A stretch of 20,000 bases of DNA from an uncultured virus (IMG/VR IMGVR_UViG_3300005588_000005) (IMGVR_UViG_3300005588_000005); one strand, 5' to 3'; positions 8,111 through 16,008 are shown, numbered from the stretch's first letter. The notes: generated by a model not told the origin, from the sequence alone. Numbers and translations: made by a program.

Positions 8111-9100
8111 CTATTCGGCGGGAACTTCGCCGGCAGATTCACCGGTCAAGTAATTCCCGGCAGGACGATCGTTCAAAAGCTTCTGCTCAATCTCGCTGGA
8201 AGATTGACGGGTCACGCCAACCATGTCCTGCAGACAGCCGCCATCCTCCAACGTCTTTTTGAACGCCTCGCGAACATCGCCGACAGTCTGGTAACCAGCC
8301 GATTCCAGAACCCGACGCGTGTAATCCGAAACGCCGGCCGAAGCCAAATGGACATCATCGCCATGAACCGGGTACGTGGATGCCGGAGCCGGAAGATCGC
8401 CACCGTCCGTCACACCTTCCTGCGACTGTTCCTCCTGTTCCGACGCCGGCGAATCACAACCCTCACCACCATCCGAGGGATGAAACGTTTCATCCCCTTT
8501 CTGGGGAGTTCCGTCCGTTTCGCCCTCTTTCGCCACGTCATCGCAAACCGTTTCCTCCGGAGAGTAAGTCAGTGCGTCGCGCGGAACCTCCTCGCCGTCC
8601 GCGGCAGAATCCTCCACCGAGTTCACGCCCTCTGCTTGTGGCTCTCCTTCGGGAGAATCCATCTCCATCCGGCAAAGATCAATCCGGCGTGCCAAAACGT
8701 CCAAATATCGCTCCATGTGGTTGAACTGCTCTTGAAGCAGTTCCAAAGAAGTCAACGAAATGCCGCTAGGTGAACTGGACAAAACCAACTTCAAGCGAAG
8801 GCATCTCTCCCCAAGATCCGCGTATTCGGCCGTCAAACGGACAAACCAATCAGGAGCACCATCAGGTACGTGCATCAATTCCACATACCCAGATTCAAAC
8901 GACTCCGCCGGACATACAGACTGGTAATCGTCCTCGTACATCACAAAGTACGCGCCAGCATGCGGCGAATGACGCTGAAAGAAGTCGCTACGCAAAGGCT
9001 TGATCGCCTCGCCATTCTCGCCGTAAATCTTCCCGTTCTCTGTCCGTGAAATCTTGAAAGCACGAACAACACACTGACTCTTGTAAAGAGATCCCGTCAT
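8111..9100 (-). CDS. Multi-domain accessory protein (YEDxY phage domain + crAss001_48-like helical hairpin + alpha-CTD/HhH-like domain)
   Basis: Likely start ATG 9100 with CAGGAA upstream. Motifs: GAYFVMYEDDYQSVCPAESFESGY; WFVRLTAEYADL...LLQEQFNHMERYLDVLARRI; LASAGVSDYTRRVLESAGYQTVGDV...VGVTRQSSSEI. Confidence 0.7.
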   Translation of the reverse strand: MTGSLYKSQCVVRAFKISRTENGKIYGENGEAIKPLRSDFFQRHSPHAGAYFVMYEDDYQSVCPAESFESGYVELMHVPDGAPDWFVRLTAEYADLGERCLRLKLVLSSSPSGISLTSLELLQEQFNHMERYLDVLARRIDLCRMEMDSPEGEPQAEGVNSVEDSAADGEEVPRDALTYSPEETVCDDVAKEGETDGTPQKGDETFHPSDGGEGCDSPASEQEEQSQEGVTDGGDLPAPASTYPVHGDDVHLASAGVSDYTRRVLESAGYQTVGDVREAFKKTLEDGGCLQDMVGVTRQSSSEIEQKLLNDRPAGNYLTGESAGEVPAE

Positions 9101-9113
9101 CTTCTGTTCCTGT

Positions 9114-9157
9114 TCTGAGGGAAACAACGCCGCCGAACATCAGCGGCAACCCTCAGA
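9114..9157 (-). promoter_or_regulatory. Intergenic stem-loop upstream of the multi-domain gene RBS
   Basis: TCTGAGGG (9114-9121) and CCCTCAGA (9150-9157) are perfect inverted arms enclosing a GCCGC..GCGGC inner stem. Confidence 0.4.
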
Positions 9158-9159
9158 CA

Positions 9160-9834
9160 TTAACCCTTAGAACGAGCAGACGCCAGATCCGAAAGCCACT
9201 TGTCAATCTCATCACGCATCTTGTCTCGCTCCAAAGGCTCCTCCTCAACAGAATCCTCCTCCTCAACCTCAACAGGCGACTCCGAACCAGAAACAACCGG
9301 CTTCGACTTCAAAGCCTTCTGAACCCACTCCCGGTAAAAACCCTTCTTGTCACGCATCCAATGCTGCAACAAACCAACCGCAGCGCGACTCGGAGCATCC
9401 TCAATATCCGAAGCCAACAACTCATACTCGTCATCCCGCAAAACCATCGCCGGATGACTCTCCACCCAACGCAGTGCACCAACAGGATCCTTCTCAACAA
9501 CACTCAAACCCAAAAAAACACGCTCATACTCAGTCTGAGCAACCCGACGATTCTCCTCCGCAATCTCCGACAACTCCTCACGCTCAAGACGATTCGCCTC
9601 CTCACGCAACAAGCGGTCAAACTGACGCTTCATCGTGTCCTTCTTGTTCGAAGGAATCAACTTCTCCAACACCCGGTCCAAACAAGCTCCATACAAGCTC
9701 GCATCCACAGGCATCCCCGTCCGCTCCGACTCCTCCTTCGCCCAAACACGAGCAACCCGAATCATGTCCCCATGAATCCCAAGCTCCTTCGCCTCCTGAA
9801 TCCGAGCATTGCGGTCAAAACCTCGCTTCCCCAT
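9160..9834 (-). CDS. Putative terminase small subunit (first gene of the packaging operon)
   Basis: ATG 9834 (MGKRGFDR) preceded by GAGGA. Helical, ~224 aa, first gene of the operon containing terL. The assignment is mainly positional. Confidence 0.45.
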   Translation of the reverse strand: MGKRGFDRNARIQEAKELGIHGDMIRVARVWAKEESERTGMPVDASLYGACLDRVLEKLIPSNKKDTMKRQFDRLLREEANRLEREELSEIAEENRRVAQTEYERVFLGLSVVEKDPVGALRWVESHPAMVLRDDEYELLASDIEDAPSRAAVGLLQHWMRDKKGFYREWVQKALKSKPVVSGSESPVEVEEEDSVEEEPLERDKMRDEIDKWLSDLASARSKG

Positions 9835-9839
9835 ACCAC

Positions 9840-10900
9840 GAATCCTCATACGAAAAATGCCGGGCGAACGTGAGCCTTCACCCGGCATACTGAGAAATTG
9901 CGAGCTCCCCAGAAAGAGGGCAGCACCGAAACGCCGCCACCAACCACAAATGGAAGATGCTCACGACTCCACGAATCATAGACCCACAAACACACCTTTT
10001 CAATCAAACAAAAGGCACCCCCCATCACCAAAACCAAAATGGGGCCCCCGAAAACATCCCAAAACACCACAGAATGACACGCCAAAACCCGGTTTCGCTA
10101 AATCTGTCTAAACGGGCTAACTTAGGTACCAGCAATCGCGAGCCGGCGATCGCGGGTCAAAACTGAAATCCGGATGGGTCCCTCTTTTCCCCTTAGACCC
10201 AAAAACACCTCAATCAGGCGTGTTCTCGCCAAACCAAGGACCAACGTGTCATCGATCCTGCACCACCTAAGGACGCATAAACAATGGAGTGCGACCCTAG
10301 CTCAAAATCGTGGCGAGGACACGCCAGGACGCTGCCGAGCGAGCCCGTGGGGAGGCAGGCGAACACGACCAGACACGCACATTTTAGCTCGTTCGCCTCA
10401 TCTGTCGCCGTTTCGGTTGCTTGTTGGCGGCGTTGTGGTGTCTGTCTGTCGGTGCTGTGGGTTGCTTGGTTGGTTGTCGTCGTTCGCGTCGTCCGATGGC
10501 TGTTGTGGTGGCCTGGTTGCGTGTTGTTGGTCTGTCCGATGTGGTCTTCGTCGTGCGGTTTCTGTTGTCGTTCGTCGTGTTGTCGTCTTCCGGTGGTTGT
10601 TGGTCTTTGGTTGGTCTTGTGGTTATTGGTCTTTGGGAGGGAGCATTGGTCGGAAAATCTGGTTTTCGGATGTCGATCTGTTGTGCGGGTTCGGTTGTTG
10701 ATCGGGGTCGGAGCGGTCGCCGACTGACGAATCTACTGACAACCATGTCAGTAGCTGAAACACGGGGTTTTTGGCGTTTTGAAAACGAGTTTGTGTCTCC
10801 GTCGTCGAATGGGGTCGATAAAAAGTTTGAGAAAATTCTGATTTTGTTTGTAACATTTCGGTGGTTTGTCCGCTTAATACATTGCGAGCTCGTTCTTACC
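9840..10900. other. Non-coding divergent region with strand-composition switch (candidate pac/origin/control region)
   Basis: The plus strand is C/A-rich up to ~10380 and strongly G/T-rich from ~10385 to ~10720. The region separates divergently transcribed gene blocks, and ORFs here are low-complexity. Confidence 0.5.
10733..10754. promoter_or_regulatory. Perfect 9-bp inverted repeat, operator-like
   Basis: CTACTGACA-ACCA-TGTCAGTAG, ~175 nt upstream of the first plus-strand gene. Confidence 0.45.
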
Positions 10901-10928
10901 CACCACACCAAAAACTGAGAGACTGACC
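10901..10928 (+). repeat. Repeated translation leader, copy 1
   Basis: CACCACACCAAAAACTGAGAGACTGACC immediately before ATG 10929; nearly identical to 12261-12285. Confidence 0.8.
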
Positions 10929-11423
10929 ATGTACTACGCAGTAGTGACGTTCGGCACAAAGCCGCAACAGACAGTATTCGGCGACCTGGAAAGAGCCAGA
11001 GTAGCCGCGGCGCGTGCCGTTGGCTGCGGTTCTTGTACCGATTCCCGTGTCTACGCATGTGAGACGCGACAACTTGCCGAGACGGCGAACATCGGTGCTG
11101 TCCGTGCCGGTGAGTCGATTGTTCACACAAAGATGCTGGTGGACGAGGCGAAAACGGCTGATGTGCCGATTACGATTGATGGAAAGCCTGCGACAATCGC
11201 TGAAGTTGAAGCGTATGCAGAGACGCACGGTTGCGAACCGCTGCCCGATGATTTCCAGCCTGCCGAACTTGGCGATTCGATCCACGTCACCGAAAAGAAC
11301 GTGACCGGCTTTATTGTCGAAATCGATCCTTGTGAGTGGTGCTACGTCATTCGTACCGCTTCCGGCTTGGTTGTCGTTGGCTGGAATGAACCGCACACCG
11401 TAATTGACGGATCGCAAGCGTAG
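10929..11423 (+). CDS. Hypothetical early-type protein
   Basis: 164 aa ORF, ATG preceded by the repeated leader; first gene of the plus-strand block. Confidence 0.7.
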   Translation: MYYAVVTFGTKPQQTVFGDLERARVAAARAVGCGSCTDSRVYACETRQLAETANIGAVRAGESIVHTKMLVDEAKTADVPITIDGKPATIAEVEAYAETHGCEPLPDDFQPAELGDSIHVTEKNVTGFIVEIDPCEWCYVIRTASGLVVVGWNEPHTVIDGSQA

Positions 11424-11542
11424 CGGCTTGTCGGTCTGACTCGGCCGACGTGACCATGCCCCGGTTGCGTCGGTCCTTTCAGGCTTACAACGTCGTCAAG
11501 CTTGGTTTTGTTTCACTCCTATCCGCTACTATGGAGTCTGCT

Positions 11543-11875
11543 ATGTCTCGATCTTCTGAAGGGTTTTCCGACCCGTTTTCTCGGTCTTTCACGCTCGGAC
11601 AGGTGATGGCCATCCGTGAATGCGTCAATCGTGTGCTCGACAAGGCCAATCTTGCATCGCCAGAACGCCGCGAATTGTACGAGGCGATGCGATTGTCCAA
11701 TGACATCCTCGAACGTCACGGCGCACGCAAGGTGATGGACTTCGGCGGGGTGGAATTGGTCAATGAAGAGAATCATCGCCCAAACCCCTGCCCTCGTTGC
11801 TTTGGTCAACTGCCGGGACGGCTCGTCGATGGCGTCTGCGACCAGTGCGACCACGTTGTAAATGAGGTGGCCTGA
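11543..11875 (+). CDS. Hypothetical protein with C-terminal CxxC...CxxC
   Basis: ATG 11543 with GGAG RBS; CPRC...CDQC; TGATG coupling to the next gene. Confidence 0.65.
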   Translation: MSRSSEGFSDPFSRSFTLGQVMAIRECVNRVLDKANLASPERRELYEAMRLSNDILERHGARKVMDFGGVELVNEENHRPNPCPRCFGQLPGRLVDGVCDQCDHVVNEVA

Positions 11876-12201
11876 TGAACTGCCCAGATTGCAATGCGTT
11901 CGCCGTCGATCCCAAAACAGGCGTTTGCGGGGATTGTGGTGCACTTCGCTTTACCGACCGCACGTTTATGCGGTTGACGTTATTGTCGGCCAAGATGGAG
12001 AAAATGGCTGCGATTGCCGGACGTCGCTGGTCAACCGACCGGGATCTGTCTGACAAAGAGCGTGCCGAGTGGCAGCACTTGAACGCGATCACCGAAGCAG
12101 AATGCGAGCGGGAGGACGAACGACACCGGCGCCGGGATGCGTCTGCTGGTCTGTCCGGTTGCCTCCCGCTGTTCGATCAGCCAAGCGATGGCGCGTGGTG
12201 A
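11875..12201 (+). CDS. Hypothetical protein with N-terminal zinc ribbon
   Basis: MNCPDC...CGDCG; GAGG RBS; coupled start. Confidence 0.65.
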   Translation: MNCPDCNAFAVDPKTGVCGDCGALRFTDRTFMRLTLLSAKMEKMAAIAGRRWSTDRDLSDKERAEWQHLNAITEAECEREDERHRRRDASAGLSGCLPLFDQPSDGAW

Positions 12202-12260
12202 CGTCTCGCGGCTGAGGGCTCGGTAATTGCCGAGCCCGATCCCCTGCGACGTTGCAGGAT

Positions 12261-12285
12261 CACCACACCACACTGAGAGACTGAC
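12261..12285 (+). repeat. Repeated translation leader, copy 2
   Basis: CACCACACCACACTGAGAGACTGAC immediately before ATG 12286. Confidence 0.8.
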
Positions 12286-12516
12286 ATGAGCAGCTACGAA
12301 GACGGAAAGCTTGCCGCGCTGAATCACCCTGGTTGCGCGGCCGAGGCAATCCGCAAACTAAAGACTGACCCTGATTTCTGGCAGGGATTCCACGACAACC
12401 GGCCGAAATCGGCCTTTTCTCGTCCACTGATCGATCCAACACGCCCTGGTGGCTGGTGTTTTGTCGACACATCCGTTCCCACTGTCCTCAAACAAGGAAA
12501 CTCCAATGACTCCTGA
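12286..12516 (+). CDS. Small hypothetical protein
   Basis: 76 aa, preceded by the repeated leader. Confidence 0.55.
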   Translation: MSSYEDGKLAALNHPGCAAEAIRKLKTDPDFWQGFHDNRPKSAFSRPLIDPTRPGGWCFVDTSVPTVLKQGNSNDS

Positions 12517-12823
12517 AAAGTACATCGACATCCGAAAAGGTTTGGTTCAAGCACGAGACGAAGCACGCCGCCGTTGGTTTGCTGCACGAAATGTCAGAGA
12601 CAACTTAAACCAGACGCCAGTACGTGAAACCAAGTTATTAATGACTTTTCACAATGGAAGCGCATGGATAACGTCGGAGTTCAGATCTCCGCTAATCCCT
12701 GATTACATCGTGGAATTGTTTGTCAGTCACGCCAAGAAGTTGGCTGATGAAGCACAACGCGTCCTGGACCTGCACGACAGTCAATTCCGCAATGGAGGAT
12801 CGGACGATGAAACCGATGATTAA
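12506..12823 (+). CDS. Hypothetical protein
   Basis: ATG 12506 (MTPEKYIDIRK) with AAGGAA RBS. Confidence 0.6.
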   Translation: MTPEKYIDIRKGLVQARDEARRRWFAARNVRDNLNQTPVRETKLLMTFHNGSAWITSEFRSPLIPDYIVELFVSHAKKLADEAQRVLDLHDSQFRNGGSDDETDD

Positions 12824-13142
12824 GCAACTGATTGCTGCGTTAGAACCTTTCGGTGGGAAGGCGTTCAAGCACATGTACACGGTGTTTCGGTCGGACTACG
12901 ACGAATCGCCAGAACCACCTGGGGGAATGTTCAATCAGGTTTACACGTCACTCGACAAGGCAAAAGAGAGTTGCCGCGCTGATTTGATTGACCATCGCAT
13001 AAACCTGGAACTTGACGGTCCTGGTGCAGAGTGGGCCGTATGCAATAGCCGGAACGGTTGTTGGGTTCTTGATGATGAAGAATCTGGAATCGTCTTCCAC
13101 GTTCTTGAATGCAACATCGACGACGAGGCATGGCTTAAATGA
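12807..13142 (+). CDS. Hypothetical protein
   Basis: ATG 12807 (MKPMIKQL) with GGAGG RBS; overlaps the upstream stop. Confidence 0.65.
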   Translation: MKPMIKQLIAALEPFGGKAFKHMYTVFRSDYDESPEPPGGMFNQVYTSLDKAKESCRADLIDHRINLELDGPGAEWAVCNSRNGCWVLDDEESGIVFHVLECNIDDEAWLK

Positions 13143-13273
13143 TTGATATGAAAACCATCGAGATGATCAAGCGATCCACCGGGCAACCATGTGATTCGCT
13201 GGAATACAACGCGATCGTAAAGAAAATCAACGCGGCAACTCTTTTTTGCCTTGTCGAGTGCCGCAAAGGATAA
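13139..13273 (+). CDS. Possible 44-aa small protein
   Basis: Manual translation MIDMKTIEMIKRSTGQPCDSLEYNAIVKKINAATLFCLVECRKG; ATGA overlap with the upstream stop. Confidence 0.3.
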   Translation: MIDMKTIEMIKRSTGQPCDSLEYNAIVKKINAATLFCLVECRKG

Positions 13274-13388
13274 GTGGGTCCGACTCGCATCACCCTGGTT
13301 GTCATTTTTCCCAACCTGACAACAGCCGAATGTTTCGGAAACAGGGTGATGCCTCTCGGCTCCACTATCACTACTAAAGAGGAATCAG

Positions 13389-13613
13389 ATGATTCAATGC
13401 TATTCAAAAAGTTCTAGGAACGGCCTGCAAGCCTTCTCAGACCGGAAATCGGCAATCACAAAAGAAGATTATTCCGGGATGAATGTGGCGCTGATCTTCG
13501 GTGACACTACCGACGAACTCGAACGGAGGTTGCACAAGTACAACGGCCCAGAAACCATCGTCGAACGCATTGGTTTTTCTCCGACCGAGCAACACAAACC
13601 GTCGGACAACTAA
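13389..13613 (+). CDS. Small hypothetical protein
   Basis: 74 aa; GAGGAA RBS; ends 6 nt before the methyltransferase start. Confidence 0.5.
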   Translation: MIQCYSKSSRNGLQAFSDRKSAITKEDYSGMNVALIFGDTTDELERRLHKYNGPETIVERIGFSPTEQHKPSDN

Positions 13614-13619
13614 ACGAAG

Positions 13620-15248
13620 ATGATGGACACAATTGACTTGTTTTGCGGCGCTGGCGGTACATCCATCGGCGCCCATCTGACCGGCGGGGTAAAGATCAAG
13701 CTTGCACTCAATCATTGGCATCGTGCCATCGAGACGCATTCACTGAACTTTCAAAACGTTCGGCATATCAACAGCCGGATTGAAGACGCCAGCCCATCGG
13801 AAGCAGATAGCTGTGATTTACTGTTTGCCTCGCCAGAGTGCATCCATTTCAGCAAAGCACGAGGGGCGAGACCAACATCCGACCAACAACGCGTCGGTGC
13901 CAACCATGTTTTGCCATGGATTGAACACCATCGGCCGGAATACGTTGTGATTGAGAACGTTACCGAATTCTTGGATTGGGGACCTGTCCACCGAATTGGT
14001 GAACGCGCTGGTCGACCGATCATCGCCCGGAAAGGCCAGTATTTCCGGAAATGGTCGGCCTCAATCAAGAATCTAGGCTACACCCTCGATTGGCGAACAC
14101 TGAACGCGGCTGACTTTGGAGCTGCCACGTCACGCAATCGCTTGTTTGTTATCGCTCGGCGAGGTCGACGAAAACCACGCTGGCCAAAACCGTCACATGC
14201 AAACGATGGCGGTGGGTTGCCGTTGTTCGCCGATGGCGGTGGGTTGCCGGCATGGCGCGGAGCAATCGAGATCATCGACTGGTCGATACCGTTGCCGTCT
14301 GTATTCGCTCGTACGCGGCCGTTGGCAGACAAGACGTTGGCCAGGATCCAAAAGGGATTAGACCGGTACGTCGCCCCGTTCGTTGTCACGCTGCGAAACC
14401 ATGGCGAGGCTTCCGACCCTGATCGCCCTATCGGCACGATCACAGCGGGAGGACTTCATCACGGCGTTACACTGCCGTTTGTCACAAAGTACAACGGAAA
14501 CACCGCCCAGGGCGACTTTCGTAATCATCCGATGGATGAGGCATTGCGGACACTCGACACTTCCAACCGGTTTGGAGTGGTTGCGCCATTCATCGCAACG
14601 GTCAACCACGGATATTCTGGTGGTAGTCGTACGCGGTCTGTGGATTCTCATTTGCCGACGATCACCACACGTCGCGGCGAAGCGATTGCAGCCCCGTTCA
14701 TCCTATCCGCTGGTGGCTGCGAAATCACGCCACGAGACGGAGGACGACCGACCCCGACGATCCTGACGCGGCAGGGGCAGGCGATCGCCGTTCCGATCAT
14801 CATGTCGTCACAGTACGGCGGCGGAGTGAAGGATCCAGGCACCTCACCAGTACCGACGATCACAACAAAGACTGGTTCGCAGATTGCCGTTCCGTTCATC
14901 ACAACGTTCAACGGGACTTTTCAGGCGGGCGCCGGTCCAGAAGGATCACCATTGCCGACGATCACGACCGTGGAACGGCACGCGGCTACGTTGGCGGCGT
15001 TGGGCATTCCATCGCTTCCGACTCCACGATCGGCAGCAGAGAGACGTTTACAGGATCGCATGAAGGAACTCGGCGTCTTGGAAATTGGTTTTCGGATGTT
15101 GTCGAACGAAGAATTGGCAAACGCCCAAGGGTTTCCAGCCGACTATCGCTTCACTGGTCCGAAAAAGGATGTGACGAAAATGATAGGCAATTCGGTATCA
15201 CCACCGGTCGCCAAAGCCATTACCGAATCAATCTTGGGGACAGTATGA
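13620..15248 (+). CDS. DNA cytosine-5 methyltransferase (orphan, phage type)
   Basis: Motif I DLFCGAGG, IV ASPECIHFS, VI IENV, VIII LNAADFGAATSRNRLF, IX RML..ELANAQGFP, X IGNSVSPP. Confidence 0.95.
   Translation: MMDTIDLFCGAGGTSIGAHLTGGVKIKLALNHWHRAIETHSLNFQNVRHINSRIEDASPSEADSCDLLFASPECIHFSKARGARPTSDQQRVGANHVLPWIEHHRPEYVVIENVTEFLDWGPVHRIGERAGRPIIARKGQYFRKWSASIKNLGYTLDWRTLNAADFGAATSRNRLFVIARRGRRKPRWPKPSHANDGGGLPLFADGGGLPAWRGAIEIIDWSIPLPSVFARTRPLADKTLARIQKGLDRYVAPFVVTLRNHGEASDPDRPIGTITAGGLHHGVTLPFVTKYNGNTAQGDFRNHPMDEALRTLDTSNRFGVVAPFIATVNHGYSGGSRTRSVDSHLPTITTRRGEAIAAPFILSAGGCEITPRDGGRPTPTILTRQGQAIAVPIIMSSQYGGGVKDPGTSPVPTITTKTGSQIAVPFITTFNGTFQAGAGPEGSPLPTITTVERHAATLAALGIPSLPTPRSAAERRLQDRMKELGVLEIGFRMLSNEELANAQGFPADYRFTGPKKDVTKMIGNSVSPPVAKAITESILGTV
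14204..14249 (+). repeat. 19-bp direct repeat with 27-nt period inside the MTase
   Basis: CGATGGCGGTGGGTTGCCG at 14204-14222 and 14231-14249, giving DGGGLP-LFA-DGGGLP. Confidence 0.85.
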
Positions 15249-15637
15249 GAATCGGAAGACTGACCGTCCGTTGGTACGTTGAACCAACACCGCAATTAGC
15301 GATCCACTGGAACCACATCCCACCGCCAACGTATCGTTACGCCGAGCGACACTACGTCATGCTTGGCTGGCTTTTCCTTTGGCGCCGTTCGTTGTGGATC
15401 GGGTGGCGCGATAAGAGCCACCAACGCACTGACATGTTCACTTGCGTCTGGTGCGGAATCATGGCAGACATCGCGCCGCCTGATGGATCACTCGAACATT
15501 CGGTTTGCCCTGATTGCTGTGTCAAGCATCTCGACGGGCACGAATGGACGTATTGTCGCGATGAGCGGCAAACTGTGTGTGAATACTGCGGGACGCCGGA
15601 TCTAGATTCTGATCCGTACGACCACTTCATCCCTTGA
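15245..15637 (+). CDS. Cys-rich hypothetical protein
   Basis: 130 aa; ATGA overlap with the MTase stop; CVWC, CPDCC, CEYC motifs. Confidence 0.6.
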   Translation: MRIGRLTVRWYVEPTPQLAIHWNHIPPPTYRYAERHYVMLGWLFLWRRSLWIGWRDKSHQRTDMFTCVWCGIMADIAPPDGSLEHSVCPDCCVKHLDGHEWTYCRDERQTVCEYCGTPDLDSDPYDHFIP

Positions 15638-15670
15638 GAACCATTCCACAACAACCAAAAGAGAAGAAAG

Positions 15671-15910
15671 ATGAAAATGAATGACCTGAACGGAAAGTTT
15701 GAAGACTACGTCGAGAAAACAGAGCCAGAAACTGTTGCTGCATTCCTTAATCCGAGTCATCCGATGTTTAAGCCGTTTCTTCAAACCGTGTTTAATGCTG
15801 GTGCTGCTTCAATGCTTTCCTTACTTACCAAAGGAGTACCACCAGAAGATATTAAAAAAGAGATCATGTCACACGCTGACAGTATTGAAGAAACGTTCAA
15901 GGGTCACTAA
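15671..15910 (+). CDS. Small hypothetical protein
   Basis: 79 aa ORF, last gene before the terminator. Confidence 0.65.
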   Translation: MKMNDLNGKFEDYVEKTEPETVAAFLNPSHPMFKPFLQTVFNAGAASMLSLLTKGVPPEDIKKEIMSHADSIEETFKGH

Positions 15911-16000
15911 CCGGCCCCGCGATCGTTCTCTCAGTCGATCGCTAAGTGTTGTGGTGACACGGGCCAGCGTCCACCGTTTCGGCGGTGGGCGTTTTTTTGT
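15911..16000 (+). ncRNA. Candidate c4-like antisense RNA
   Basis: Closing stem GGCCC(15913-17)/GGGCC(15961-65) encloses hairpin GCGATCG-TTCTCTCAGT-CGATCGC and hairpin GTGTT-GTGGT-GACAC, followed by a terminator. Both hairpins are complementary to the repeated leaders. Confidence 0.5.
15967..15999 (+). terminator. Rho-independent terminator of the plus-strand block
   Basis: GCGTCCACCG-TTTCGG-CGGTGGGCGT followed by a T run. Confidence 0.85.
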
Positions 16001-16008
16001 ATAGGCGC

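Noticed and set aside
10400..10720. Possible CRISPR array or tandem repeat in the G/T-rich tract
   Set aside because: No fixed repeat unit or regular spacing is visible.
10820..10890. Exact sigma70 promoter call
   Set aside because: AT-rich and well placed, but I could not identify a convincing -35/-10 pair at canonical spacing.
9809..11130. Several 70-250 aa ORFs on both strands in the skewed region
   Set aside because: They are low-complexity (V/C/G/W-rich or T/P/Q/R-rich) by-products of the nucleotide skew, and I saw no convincing RBS or motif.
13620..15637. Restriction-modification system
   Set aside because: No adjacent ORF shows recognisable endonuclease motifs, so the MTase looks orphan.
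15911..15965. tRNA
   Set aside because: Too short, only two internal arms, and no T-loop (TTCGA) or CCA end.
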